Shown here: one piece after another, positions 19,985 to 28,719 of the stretch
Layout of the letters: every line of letters starts with the position of its first letter
Position numbering within the stretch: position 1 is the stretch's first letter
From: an uncultured Pirellulales bacterium
Lineage (GTDB): Bacteria > Planctomycetota > Phycisphaerae > Sedimentisphaerales > Anaerobacaceae
Length of the DNA stretch: 64,000 bases
Assembly: GCA_964608395.1 (NCBI GenBank)
Contig: CAZSOR010000001.1
Coordinates: forward strand, 134-64,133
Direction of reading: 5' to 3'
Notes under the pieces: generated by a model
Databases searched by the model: none
Told to the model about the DNA's origin: nothing
What the model saw: only the letters and a program-made list of their open reading frames with translations
Position numbers and translations under genes: made by a program

Positions 19985-21034
19985 TTATGATGGATTATAG
20001 AGAAACTTCGGTGACACCTCTATTGTGATCTGGCTTTCTTCGTCTGGATGAAGAATGCGCCATCGCAATTGCTCGACGGCTTTTTTTCCAATGGTTTCGG
20101 GTTGGATATTGATTGAAACCGGACGAGGCTCCAGACCCGCCAACAGTGAGATCTCGTTGTTGCACGAGATAATCTCAAGATCACGGCCAATCCGTATGCC
20201 CAGACTTTTCAAGATCGGGTAGATTTTTGCAGTCAGGGCATCACAGGTCACAAATATACCTGTGGGCCGTTCACCTTGAGCCAAAAATTGATCCAGAGTC
20301 TTTTGGATCAAAAGATCACGATCCCTGTCGATTTCCATCAGGTCGAAATGAGACTGTTCAATCACACACTGCCGCACATTGAGGCCATGCTCCTTTGCCA
20401 ATGCCGAAAACGCCGCCCAGCGATCACACAGATTAATCCTGGATATCAGAGACGACGGAGTCACATAGGCAATCGTTTGGTGGCCCTTGCCCGCCAAATA
20501 ATTGGCAGCCAACCGGCCAACTTTACCATGGTTAACACGTACCCGGTCTGCGGAGAGCCGTTCACGCGCCCCACTCATGACATAGACAACCTTGTAACCA
20601 CGTAGAATCTCGATAGCGTCAGACGACACATCGTCCAGATGAGGCCACACAATCACGCCATCCACGCCTCCTTTGGCTACAATGGGTGGTAAAGGTCGCT
20701 TCACACCCACAGCCCCCTGCACCATGCTCATACCATGGGAAGCCAAGGCCTCTTCAATACCATGTAACACATTTGCCATAATAGGAGAATTGGAAAGGAT
20801 CTTAAGACTTTCGCTGGATGTTAAAAAAGCAATATTACCCGTTTTAAAGCCAGCATCTCTTATACGACGTGGACCACGCCGCATCGCTGGAGGCTTGGGT
20901 ACGTATCCTATTTCTTTCATGATTGCCCTGATTTTGCTTGCAGTCTCAGAGCTTACATTTCCCTCGTTATTGATGACACGAGATACTGTGGTGTGGGATA
21001 CACCTGCTAATTTTGCAATTTCAACAATTGACAT
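19985..21034 (-). CDS. LacI-family transcriptional regulator
   Basis: 349 aa. It has the N-terminal HTH MSIVEIAKLAGVSHTTVSRVINN plus a periplasmic-binding-protein-like core. It is the first gene of the co-directional cluster. Confidence 0.9.
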   Translation of the reverse strand: MSIVEIAKLAGVSHTTVSRVINNEGNVSSETASKIRAIMKEIGYVPKPPAMRRGPRRIRDAGFKTGNIAFLTSSESLKILSNSPIMANVLHGIEEALASHGMSMVQGAVGVKRPLPPIVAKGGVDGVIVWPHLDDVSSDAIEILRGYKVVYVMSGARERLSADRVRVNHGKVGRLAANYLAGKGHQTIAYVTPSSLISRINLCDRWAAFSALAKEHGLNVRQCVIEQSHFDLMEIDRDRDLLIQKTLDQFLAQGERPTGIFVTCDALTAKIYPILKSLGIRIGRDLEIISCNNEISLLAGLEPRPVSINIQPETIGKKAVEQLRWRILHPDEESQITIEVSPKFLYNPS

Positions 21035-21199
21035 AAGTGCTTCATTCTAACTAACGCTAACCAACAACACATTTTTTCATTCAATTAAACCTCATACTTT
21101 TTTTGAAAAATTGGCTCTGGGTATCTCAAACAATGCCTGACAACAGTTAAGTATTGGCGGTGAGTTTAACTATAGCCCACATTAGCATCTCTTCCCTGT

Positions 21200-22972
21200 T
21201 TACCTCAACTTCAACACCAGTTGCCGGAGGTTAATGGGTTGCCAAAGGTCCTTTTCGGGTTTGATTTGTAGGGTATACTCACCAGCTTTATTAATGATTA
21301 TTTCACATAGTGACTTATTGACATAATTGCCATACCCTCCGGTAGAAAGGACTTCAACGGATTCTTGCTGACCCGGCAGACCCAAGCGGAAGCGGCTTTT
21401 CTCATTCTGTATGGCCAGTTCGGCCCAGATCTCATAGCGTCCCGGTCGCTCGATTCTAAAAGACCATTCCACCCAGGCCCGGGCATCTGTCCAGTAACCT
21501 ATATGGGGACGTCCATCATGGTGTTGTATGTCCGCGTTTTTGCTGCCTTCGTTATTATGGATATCGGCCAGATCGGCCGACAAAACCAGTGAGCCGTCTT
21601 TCTGGGGCATGGGCAAAATGACTTCAATATCCAATGCGCCACCGACCTTCATCACCACCACACTATCAATGTCGTCCGGTGCCTGAGGTGGCAGGGACAC
21701 CACAACACCTGAATCTTGCTGACGAGTCTCCAAGGCTTGCCAATCGGCCATTAGGTAGGCCTGCTGGACCTTGTTCTTCAGCCCGGGCACCAGCAGTTTC
21801 CCATCCTCGGGCCAGTCAAACACGTGTAGATACAAGGTGATTCCACCGACATACTCTTTCTTGGTACAGCGGCCCCAACTCAGCCTCGTAAAGGGACTGG
21901 CCGTAGTGTCGTAGATGGATTCGCTGTTGACCTTCATCCATTGGCCGATGGCCTTGAGACGCTCGACCGATTCAGGCAGCAGGGTGCCATCGCCCGTGGG
22001 ACTAACGTTGAGAAGGTAGTTGCCTCCCTTGCTGACAATATCCACCAAGTTACGAATGAGCGTGGGGATCGACTTGAAATTTCTGTCGGAACGTTTGTAG
22101 CCCCAACTGCCGCTTATGGGCATGCAGACCTCCCAATCCTGATTCGGCGGAGCGTTCCTCGGGATCCTGCGCTCGAAGGTCTTGTAATCACCCTCGTGGT
22201 CTTTGCCCAGACGATCATTCGTAATAATACCGGGCTGTAGGGCGGTCAAGGAATGGAGACTATCGAAGGATTCCTTACTCATGTCCCGGGGGGTGTCCCA
22301 CCAGAAAATCCCGATGGGGCCATACTCGGTGAGTAGTTGTTTAACCTCAGGGGCCGCCTTTTCACGTACGTATTCATCAAAGCTAACGCGTTGCATTGTT
22401 TTGTCCCAATTGTATCCCATACCGCCGGGATGATGCCAATCCTGGCACTGCGAGTAATAGAACCCGAAGCGGATCCCTTGGTCGCGGCAGGCATGGGCCA
22501 GTTCCATCATAATGTCACGCTTGAACGGGGTGGCTTCCACCACATTGTAGGAATTACTGGTGGAACCGAACATGGAGAAGCCGTCGTGGTGCTTGGCTGT
22601 GATGACCAGGTATCGCATACCCGCATCCTTGGCCAGTTTCACGAAGGCTTGGGCATCGAACTGAGTGGGATTGAACTGATCGGCAAACTTCTCATACTCC
22701 GCGATCGGAATCTTCCCCTTGTTCATCATCCATTCGGCACTGTTAGTTATCGGCTTGTCCCCATATTCTCCACCAGTAACCGAATAGATCCCCCAATGAA
22801 CAAACATCCCAAAGCGTGCCGTGTTCCACCACTGCAGTCGTGCCGCGTGCTGCTCTGGCGTTTCCTTCGCATAAGACCAGGTCGAATCCGTTTCTGCGGC
22901 CATCAGGAAACCACAGAACAGGGTGCATAATAAGCCACAACATACCAATCCAGTTTTGTGTCTTGCTGCCAT
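21200..22972 (-). CDS. GH29 alpha-L-fucosidase-family enzyme with C-terminal carbohydrate-binding-like module
   Basis: Motifs are ARFGMFVHWGIYS and HHDGFSMF. I prefer ATG 22972 (MAARHKTGLVCCGLLCTLFCGFLMA signal, GGAGG 8 nt upstream) over the track start 23056. Confidence 0.8.
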   Translation of the reverse strand: MAARHKTGLVCCGLLCTLFCGFLMAAETDSTWSYAKETPEQHAARLQWWNTARFGMFVHWGIYSVTGGEYGDKPITNSAEWMMNKGKIPIAEYEKFADQFNPTQFDAQAFVKLAKDAGMRYLVITAKHHDGFSMFGSTSNSYNVVEATPFKRDIMMELAHACRDQGIRFGFYYSQCQDWHHPGGMGYNWDKTMQRVSFDEYVREKAAPEVKQLLTEYGPIGIFWWDTPRDMSKESFDSLHSLTALQPGIITNDRLGKDHEGDYKTFERRIPRNAPPNQDWEVCMPISGSWGYKRSDRNFKSIPTLIRNLVDIVSKGGNYLLNVSPTGDGTLLPESVERLKAIGQWMKVNSESIYDTTASPFTRLSWGRCTKKEYVGGITLYLHVFDWPEDGKLLVPGLKNKVQQAYLMADWQALETRQQDSGVVVSLPPQAPDDIDSVVVMKVGGALDIEVILPMPQKDGSLVLSADLADIHNNEGSKNADIQHHDGRPHIGYWTDARAWVEWSFRIERPGRYEIWAELAIQNEKSRFRLGLPGQQESVEVLSTGGYGNYVNKSLCEIIINKAGEYTLQIKPEKDLWQPINLRQLVLKLR

Positions 22973-23350
22973 CTCTATAACCTCCAATTCACTCTCGTTA
23001 CTGGTCAGAGGAACAAGGACAATCGCATCATGGGCCTGGCCACAGTCCGAACCCAATACTTTCGACTACAGAAAGTCACATTTAGCTTTTTAACTGTTAA
23101 TATTGTTCATTTTTGTTTAATACAATAATCTAAGTATCACCTCATTCATATAGAAAAAACATTAAATTTTGAGACTTTTTATCTTTTTGACAAGAATAAA
23201 AATAGCCTGATATCTCTTTAAAAACTTGCTCTTTAACAACTTAAGAGATATACAACACAATATTTCTGTACTTAAGAGTGTTGTCTTCTTATGAACGATA
23301 CCGCCAGAATATATGATTTAATGTTCATTGTTTTCACTTCTCACCTAAAA

Positions 23351-23669
23351 CTATGATACTCGATAAACGGCGGATATTGGGATGGATTTCAATTTAGGTC
23401 CCAATGAAAAATGGCCCAGAACCAAAGGCTTGCCCGTATGCGGATTTCCCTTCCCCTGAATATGCCAGACCGTGCGCCCGCTCATAATCACATGGCGGGA
23501 GGGTGTGCACACGACGCCAGCCCACGCCCCCATATGGTATGCTCTGTCAAAGACCACACCTTCAGCTGCTAAATGGTCGAGCACCGGCAGTTTCCAACGG
23601 CGAGTTAGGATCATAGATATTCAGGTCAAACGGCGACTGGTCATCCGCAAGGATGAATAGGATGTTTGG
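23351..23669 (-). pseudogene. Type I (S1) sulfatase remnant: N-terminal ~100 residues only, no start or signal peptide, one frameshift
   Basis: PNILFILADDQSPFDLNIYDPNSPLET is read directly after, and in frame with, the TAA of the upstream gene. After a 1-nt slip near 23586-23590 it continues PVLDHLAAEGVVFDRAYHMGAWAGVVCTPSRHVIMSGR (C-x-P-x-R motif). Confidence 0.75.
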
Positions 23670-26594
23670 TTATGATTCTTCGACACTGAGTTCCTGGAAG
23701 GCGGTGTTTTCGCCGCCACCCACGGACGTGACTGGTGAGATGCTCCACACGATCCAGCGGAATTGGCCAAGCGTCTGCCCGGATGCTGCACGCAAAGAAA
23801 CAGCCGTGAAGACGGCGCCGGTTGTTTCGCTCGTATCGAGGGTACCGAGTGGTGTATAATTAGACAGATCCCAACCAGGATCTTGTGTTGCATTGCTACC
23901 GTAAAGCGTCACCTTTTGCATACCGCGTTGGTCCCTACTAAAAGACCAGCTGGTGATCGCCGTCACAGGCTGCACATTGCCCAGATCCATTTTGTAAGCC
24001 CCATCTTGAACACCGTTTCCAAACACAGGTCCGTAGCCCTTGGCGAGCTGGCCGTCGACCAGCGACTCCAGAGGATCATTATTGGTTCGTTGGTTGGCAT
24101 CAACAGTACCTGCGACAGATGTCGGCAGTGGCAGTTTCGTAAATCCGCCTATGGTGGAGGCGGTCTCAATTTCGATATACGGATGCTGAGTTATGGTTCG
24201 TTCCATGGCCTGCTGATTGCGCATGACCTTGAGCTTCAACGGAGCGGATCCGGCTGCGACCAGTGCTTTGAAGAGCTGATCTGTGCTGGAGACCTTGCGA
24301 CCGTTCACCGCTTGAATCAGATCGTTGGTCTGCAATCCGGCCCTGGCCGCAGCCGATGTTTTCGGAACCACTGTTAAGGCAACGCCGCCATCTTCCTTGC
24401 TAACGCCGTAGGCGGAAAACGCCTCACCCTCAAGACCATGTAATGTTGTTCCGAGCCAGAAGGCCTTGTTTGCTTTGACCACCTTCTTTGCCGGTGCTTT
24501 GGCATCTCTGTCGCTTTTTAAATGGGCGCCCAACTCAGGAATCACCGGTGTTTTGGCGATCGCTTTAAGCGGGGCTTTCTTCACGCCAAACTGATCCATG
24601 GAGAAGTTCTTGAAACCGATTTTAAAGGCTGCAGATCCTTCTTGTACGCGGAAGTCTCCGTTGACCGGATCCACAAAAAGAGGATTGGCCACGATGGAAT
24701 TCAAATCCCATCCCTGTTCGGCATATTTATCTTTATGTTCGGGATCGGATACAAAGAACAGATTTTTATCGATGTATTTGCCGGTAGCGGTTTTCGTGGG
24801 CGCACGAATGCCTTTGACATCTGTCATGACAATATTTGAGTAAAATTCGTCACCACTGTTGACGTACCAGACGTGCGGGTGAAAACTGTTGTTGACCATA
24901 ATATTGTTCCATGCGCGCCGACTGAATCCTTCACGAAACTTGAGACCACCGTTCAATAGCAGGTTATTGTAAATCTCGTAATTCGAGGACCCGTCATCGA
25001 GATCAATATCCCATCCATGATCACAACGCCAGCGGCTGCTGCGAATGGTTGTGGTGTGCATGGCATCCAGGAATGGGAGGTTGGGCTCCACATCAATTGC
25101 CTTCTGAGAAGCATTCCTGTCACTTCTCCAGTAACGATCACGTCCCCAGGAATTAAAGGAGCCGTGGTCGTGGGTTTCGAGTACTGTATCGAAGACATCA
25201 CAACGTTCTATTAAATGGCCGCCCCAGCAGCCATCGCCAATATTGATGCCAGCACGGGCACAGTCATAAACAGAGGTGTCTCGTACAGTGATTTTCATGG
25301 CCATTTCAATCTGTATGCCGGCCGGCTGACGTTCCACACGGCCAATGCCATGAATCAAACAGTCCTCCACAGTACCGAGCGCAGGATAGTTTTCCGTCTT
25401 GGGGCCAACTGTACGATCGATCTGCGCGAGATCGTTTTTCTGACCGTACTCAAAAAGTGGATTGCGCACTGCATTGGGATCGCCCACAAAACACACGCCA
25501 CTGGCCCCTGCATCGTGGATGTGGCAGCTCTTGACCAGCGTGCGGCGGTTATAGCAATTCACAAACACGGCATTGCCACCGACCTGATCGAACTCGCAAT
25601 CGAGAATACGTACATCTTCGGTGCCGGTCAGCATAACGGCTCCACCGCGATAAATAGCCCAATCGGAACGAAGCATGGGTTCTTTTGTATCCATAAAGGT
25701 GCGGGCCGCATGGCACACGACAAAACCTTGCAGCGTAATGAACCGAACCGGAGCTTTGACCGAACCCTGAAACTCGATCAGATGGCTTAAACGAACCACC
25801 TCCACCACCGCCTTGTTCAGATCAGTCGCCGCTTCTGGCTTATAATAGAGGATCCCCATTTTGGTATTATGATACCACTCACCAGCCGCATCGAGTTCCT
25901 CAAAAATGTTTTCCACCATTCGGAAACCAGCATGCATACCGGATCGTCGATTATTCTGCCATCCGCCTTCATACATAACCTCGCCATCGGAATCTTTGCC
26001 GGTAATCCGGTAGTGATAGCCACCCCAGCGAGAACGATGCATAGCGTGGATATAACCACGAGCGGGATCAGCCCACCCTGCGGCACGCGCTTTGGAAAAG
26101 GCATCAGCGGCAAAACCTTGGTAGGCCTCGGTCTTTTTGCTGGCGTCATAGTTCGGGTAGCGCGCCATTCGTTGGTTCTTACCGTTGATAAAGAGCTGAT
26201 CGATGTCCAGATCCTTGGGTGTCTTGGCCTGAAAAATACCGTCCCGATAAGACGTCCATTGCGGCAAAAGCCTCGAACCGCCACTGAGTATCGCCTGACC
26301 TTCGTTGTCAGCCCGATAGATCACAGGGTAACGAGCCGAACCCGAGTCTTCCGGCGCAAAGACTAACGTTTCGGGCAGGTAATAGGTTCCATCAGCCACA
26401 TGAACTGTAACAGCCCCTTTTCCAGCATACGTACGTGCCGCATCACGCGCCGCCGCCAGGCTTTTCAGCGGAGCGGATGCCGTTCCGAGATTCGAGTCGT
26501 GGCCTGTCGGGGTAACGTAAATCTCCGCCGCCATCAGGGACAACGGGGCGAGCAGAAACAAAGGTATCACTCGTTTTAGCGTATACATGTTCAT
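23670..26594 (-). CDS. Secreted right-handed beta-helix protein with PDZ domain and C-terminal jelly-roll (discoidin-like) module
   Basis: 974 aa with a signal peptide. The N-terminus EIYVTPTGHDSNLGTASAPLKSLAAARDAA...YPVIYRA is paralogous to domain 2 of 10261-13305. The PDZ-like stretch GGVALTVVPKTSAAARAGLQTNDLIQAVNGRKV maps to about 24210-24461. Confidence 0.65.
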   Translation of the reverse strand: MNMYTLKRVIPLFLLAPLSLMAAEIYVTPTGHDSNLGTASAPLKSLAAARDAARTYAGKGAVTVHVADGTYYLPETLVFAPEDSGSARYPVIYRADNEGQAILSGGSRLLPQWTSYRDGIFQAKTPKDLDIDQLFINGKNQRMARYPNYDASKKTEAYQGFAADAFSKARAAGWADPARGYIHAMHRSRWGGYHYRITGKDSDGEVMYEGGWQNNRRSGMHAGFRMVENIFEELDAAGEWYHNTKMGILYYKPEAATDLNKAVVEVVRLSHLIEFQGSVKAPVRFITLQGFVVCHAARTFMDTKEPMLRSDWAIYRGGAVMLTGTEDVRILDCEFDQVGGNAVFVNCYNRRTLVKSCHIHDAGASGVCFVGDPNAVRNPLFEYGQKNDLAQIDRTVGPKTENYPALGTVEDCLIHGIGRVERQPAGIQIEMAMKITVRDTSVYDCARAGINIGDGCWGGHLIERCDVFDTVLETHDHGSFNSWGRDRYWRSDRNASQKAIDVEPNLPFLDAMHTTTIRSSRWRCDHGWDIDLDDGSSNYEIYNNLLLNGGLKFREGFSRRAWNNIMVNNSFHPHVWYVNSGDEFYSNIVMTDVKGIRAPTKTATGKYIDKNLFFVSDPEHKDKYAEQGWDLNSIVANPLFVDPVNGDFRVQEGSAAFKIGFKNFSMDQFGVKKAPLKAIAKTPVIPELGAHLKSDRDAKAPAKKVVKANKAFWLGTTLHGLEGEAFSAYGVSKEDGGVALTVVPKTSAAARAGLQTNDLIQAVNGRKVSSTDQLFKALVAAGSAPLKLKVMRNQQAMERTITQHPYIEIETASTIGGFTKLPLPTSVAGTVDANQRTNNDPLESLVDGQLAKGYGPVFGNGVQDGAYKMDLGNVQPVTAITSWSFSRDQRGMQKVTLYGSNATQDPGWDLSNYTPLGTLDTSETTGAVFTAVSLRAASGQTLGQFRWIVWSISPVTSVGGGENTAFQELSVEES

Positions 26595-26908
26595 CCGTTC
26601 TCATCCTTTCTATAATCCTATTTATCAGGCCTTTTCAAATCTTAGCACCGGTTTCAAATCACTCAAAGACCATCTCGATCGCAAAGTCGTATTCTCCGGT
26701 TTGCCATCCTATCGAATCGAGATCGAGGGCGTCAGCTGTTTGTTTCCATTTGATCTAAGGCTCCGACCCATCCGAAAAGTGAACTCATTATTCGCATTCG
26801 ATGTACTCCTGTTTTAAAAGAGGAAGTTAGGCTTGAGCGAGACCACCTGAGCCGATAGCAACAGGGTCATCGTGGCCACTGATAATATCAAGATAAGGGT
26901 GGTTTTCA

Positions 26909-28330
26909 TCAGTGTTCTTCTTTCAAGGTCAAACAGAGAACCATGGCGTTGGCTCCCAGAGCTTTAGCTGGCAGGCGAACGATCAATTCGTTTTCGGTTT
27001 GAGTAAAGTTGAGCGGCTTCTTGGCCGGATCAGCCAAGAAATAGGCTCCGGTGACCTGGCCGATTGGGCCGGACAGAACCAGTGACTCGTTGGGCCACTT
27101 AAACAGATGAATATAGAGCTTACCTTGCCGTCCGGTCGCCAGCCAGGCATAGTCGATGCTCTTATGGCCCTTCTTCGCCTTACCGGCACTGGTCGCCAAC
27201 GCTTCCTTTTCGAGGGCGGCGTGGGCTGCTTCATCAACCTTCGCAAAATCTCCCGCCCCTTTCAGTAGAGTAGGTGTTGCACCATAGACCGCTTCACCAT
27301 TGACCTTCAACCAGTCTCCCACTTGGGCAAGGCATTCAACCGCCTCCTGCGGAATCTCGCCTTCGGCAGTCGGTCCGACATTCAGCAGAAACGTGCCACC
27401 TTTACTAGCCACTTCCACCAGCTGCTTAATCACTATGGCCGGGCTCTTCCATCGGCTATCCTTGGCATTGTAACCCCAGGAGCCATTGAGTGTCATGCAG
27501 GTCTCCCAATATTCCCAAGGGCTCTGTTCCGGGATCGTACGGTCGCGGTAGGAGAGAAAATCGACGCCAACATCCACCAACTCATCCAACTGCTCCTGAC
27601 TCAGACCTTCGACCTGATTGCCATGATACATCAGGCGACTGTTAATCAGCGTATCCGGCTTGATGAAACGAACCACGCCCACCAATTCGCGACCGATCTC
27701 AGCATTCATATCGTGGGGCGTATCAAACCAGAGATGAGTCGGGTCATACTGCGTCAGCAGCTCCTTGATTTGGGGAATCGACACCATGTCCAGGTATGTC
27801 CGGAAATCGCCCTTCTGGACCGGATCCCACTTTCGGCCACTTCCGCCGGGGTGATACCAGTCCTGGGCATGGGAGTAATAAAATCCGAGCTTGATACCCG
27901 CTTTATCGCAAGCCTCCTTTAGCTCTTTGAGAACATCGCGTTTAAACGGTGTGCCATCGACGATATTATAGTTATCCACCGCCGTATCAAAGATACAAAA
28001 GCCGTCATGGTGCTTGCTCGTGATGGTGATATATTTCATCCCCGCATTTTTAGCAACCGCCACCCACTGATCGGCATTGAACTTCACCGGATTAAAGGAT
28101 TCAGCCAACTTGGAATACTCCGCAACTGGAATCTTTTCACGATTCATCACCCACTCACCACGTGCGTGCTTCGAATAAATCCCCCAATGGATAAACAAGC
28201 CAAACTTGGCCTCATCCATCCACGCCGCACGGTCATTGACCGGCACTTTGGTTTCACTTGCCGCCGCCGTATCAAGCAACGTGCCACAGCTGACTAATAG
28301 ACAAACCATAAACAACTTGATATGCTTCAT
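26909..28330 (-). CDS. GH29 alpha-L-fucosidase-family enzyme, secreted
   Basis: 473 aa with a signal peptide. Motifs are AKFGLFIHWGIYS and HHDGFCIFDT. Confidence 0.85.
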   Translation of the reverse strand: MKHIKLFMVCLLVSCGTLLDTAAASETKVPVNDRAAWMDEAKFGLFIHWGIYSKHARGEWVMNREKIPVAEYSKLAESFNPVKFNADQWVAVAKNAGMKYITITSKHHDGFCIFDTAVDNYNIVDGTPFKRDVLKELKEACDKAGIKLGFYYSHAQDWYHPGGSGRKWDPVQKGDFRTYLDMVSIPQIKELLTQYDPTHLWFDTPHDMNAEIGRELVGVVRFIKPDTLINSRLMYHGNQVEGLSQEQLDELVDVGVDFLSYRDRTIPEQSPWEYWETCMTLNGSWGYNAKDSRWKSPAIVIKQLVEVASKGGTFLLNVGPTAEGEIPQEAVECLAQVGDWLKVNGEAVYGATPTLLKGAGDFAKVDEAAHAALEKEALATSAGKAKKGHKSIDYAWLATGRQGKLYIHLFKWPNESLVLSGPIGQVTGAYFLADPAKKPLNFTQTENELIVRLPAKALGANAMVLCLTLKEEH

Positions 28331-28612
28331 CAGATCTCCTTTAAATTGGCTTCAGCCTAGCCACCTACAGTACACGCATACTATTGTGTTCTTCTATATC
28401 AGCGCCGAAGGGCGCAGGATGCGTTTCTCCAAAAGTCTTCCAATCAAATTCGTTCACCGCAAACTTGATAAACTTGGAATTTCCCATTTAAACACTTAAC
28501 AAACATGATTTTCTCCTTACGATATCAATAATCTTACTATATTCACCTTGAACGGCCATGGCCGGAAAAATCGGTGTGATAAGAAATCATCTCTCTTTTT
28601 ATCAATGACAAA

Positions 28613-28644
28613 GGGCCCACGCCCAATAACCCAGGCATGGGCCC
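28613..28644 (-). terminator. Candidate intrinsic terminator hairpin downstream of the PA14/LamG gene
   Basis: GGGCCCA-c-GCC caataaccca GGC-a-TGGGCCC forms a 7-bp plus 3-bp stem. It starts 76 nt past the 28720 stop. On the minus strand it is followed by TTTGTCATT, and on the plus strand by ATTTTAATACTTTTATT. Confidence 0.35.
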
Positions 28645-28719
28645 ATTTTAATACTTTTATTCCGCAGCCTTGTGGCTTCGTAATGTACAAATTAGTGGAC
28701 TACTTTGTCTATCGTAAGG

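Noticed and set aside
21145-21171. AGTTAA-N15-TTAACT inverted repeat upstream of the LacI gene as its operator
   Set aside because: The arms are only 6 bp with a 15-nt spacer, unlike the compact 14-20-bp CG-centred palindromes of LacI-family operators. It is easily a chance match. I found no convincing operator or promoter in 21035-21199.
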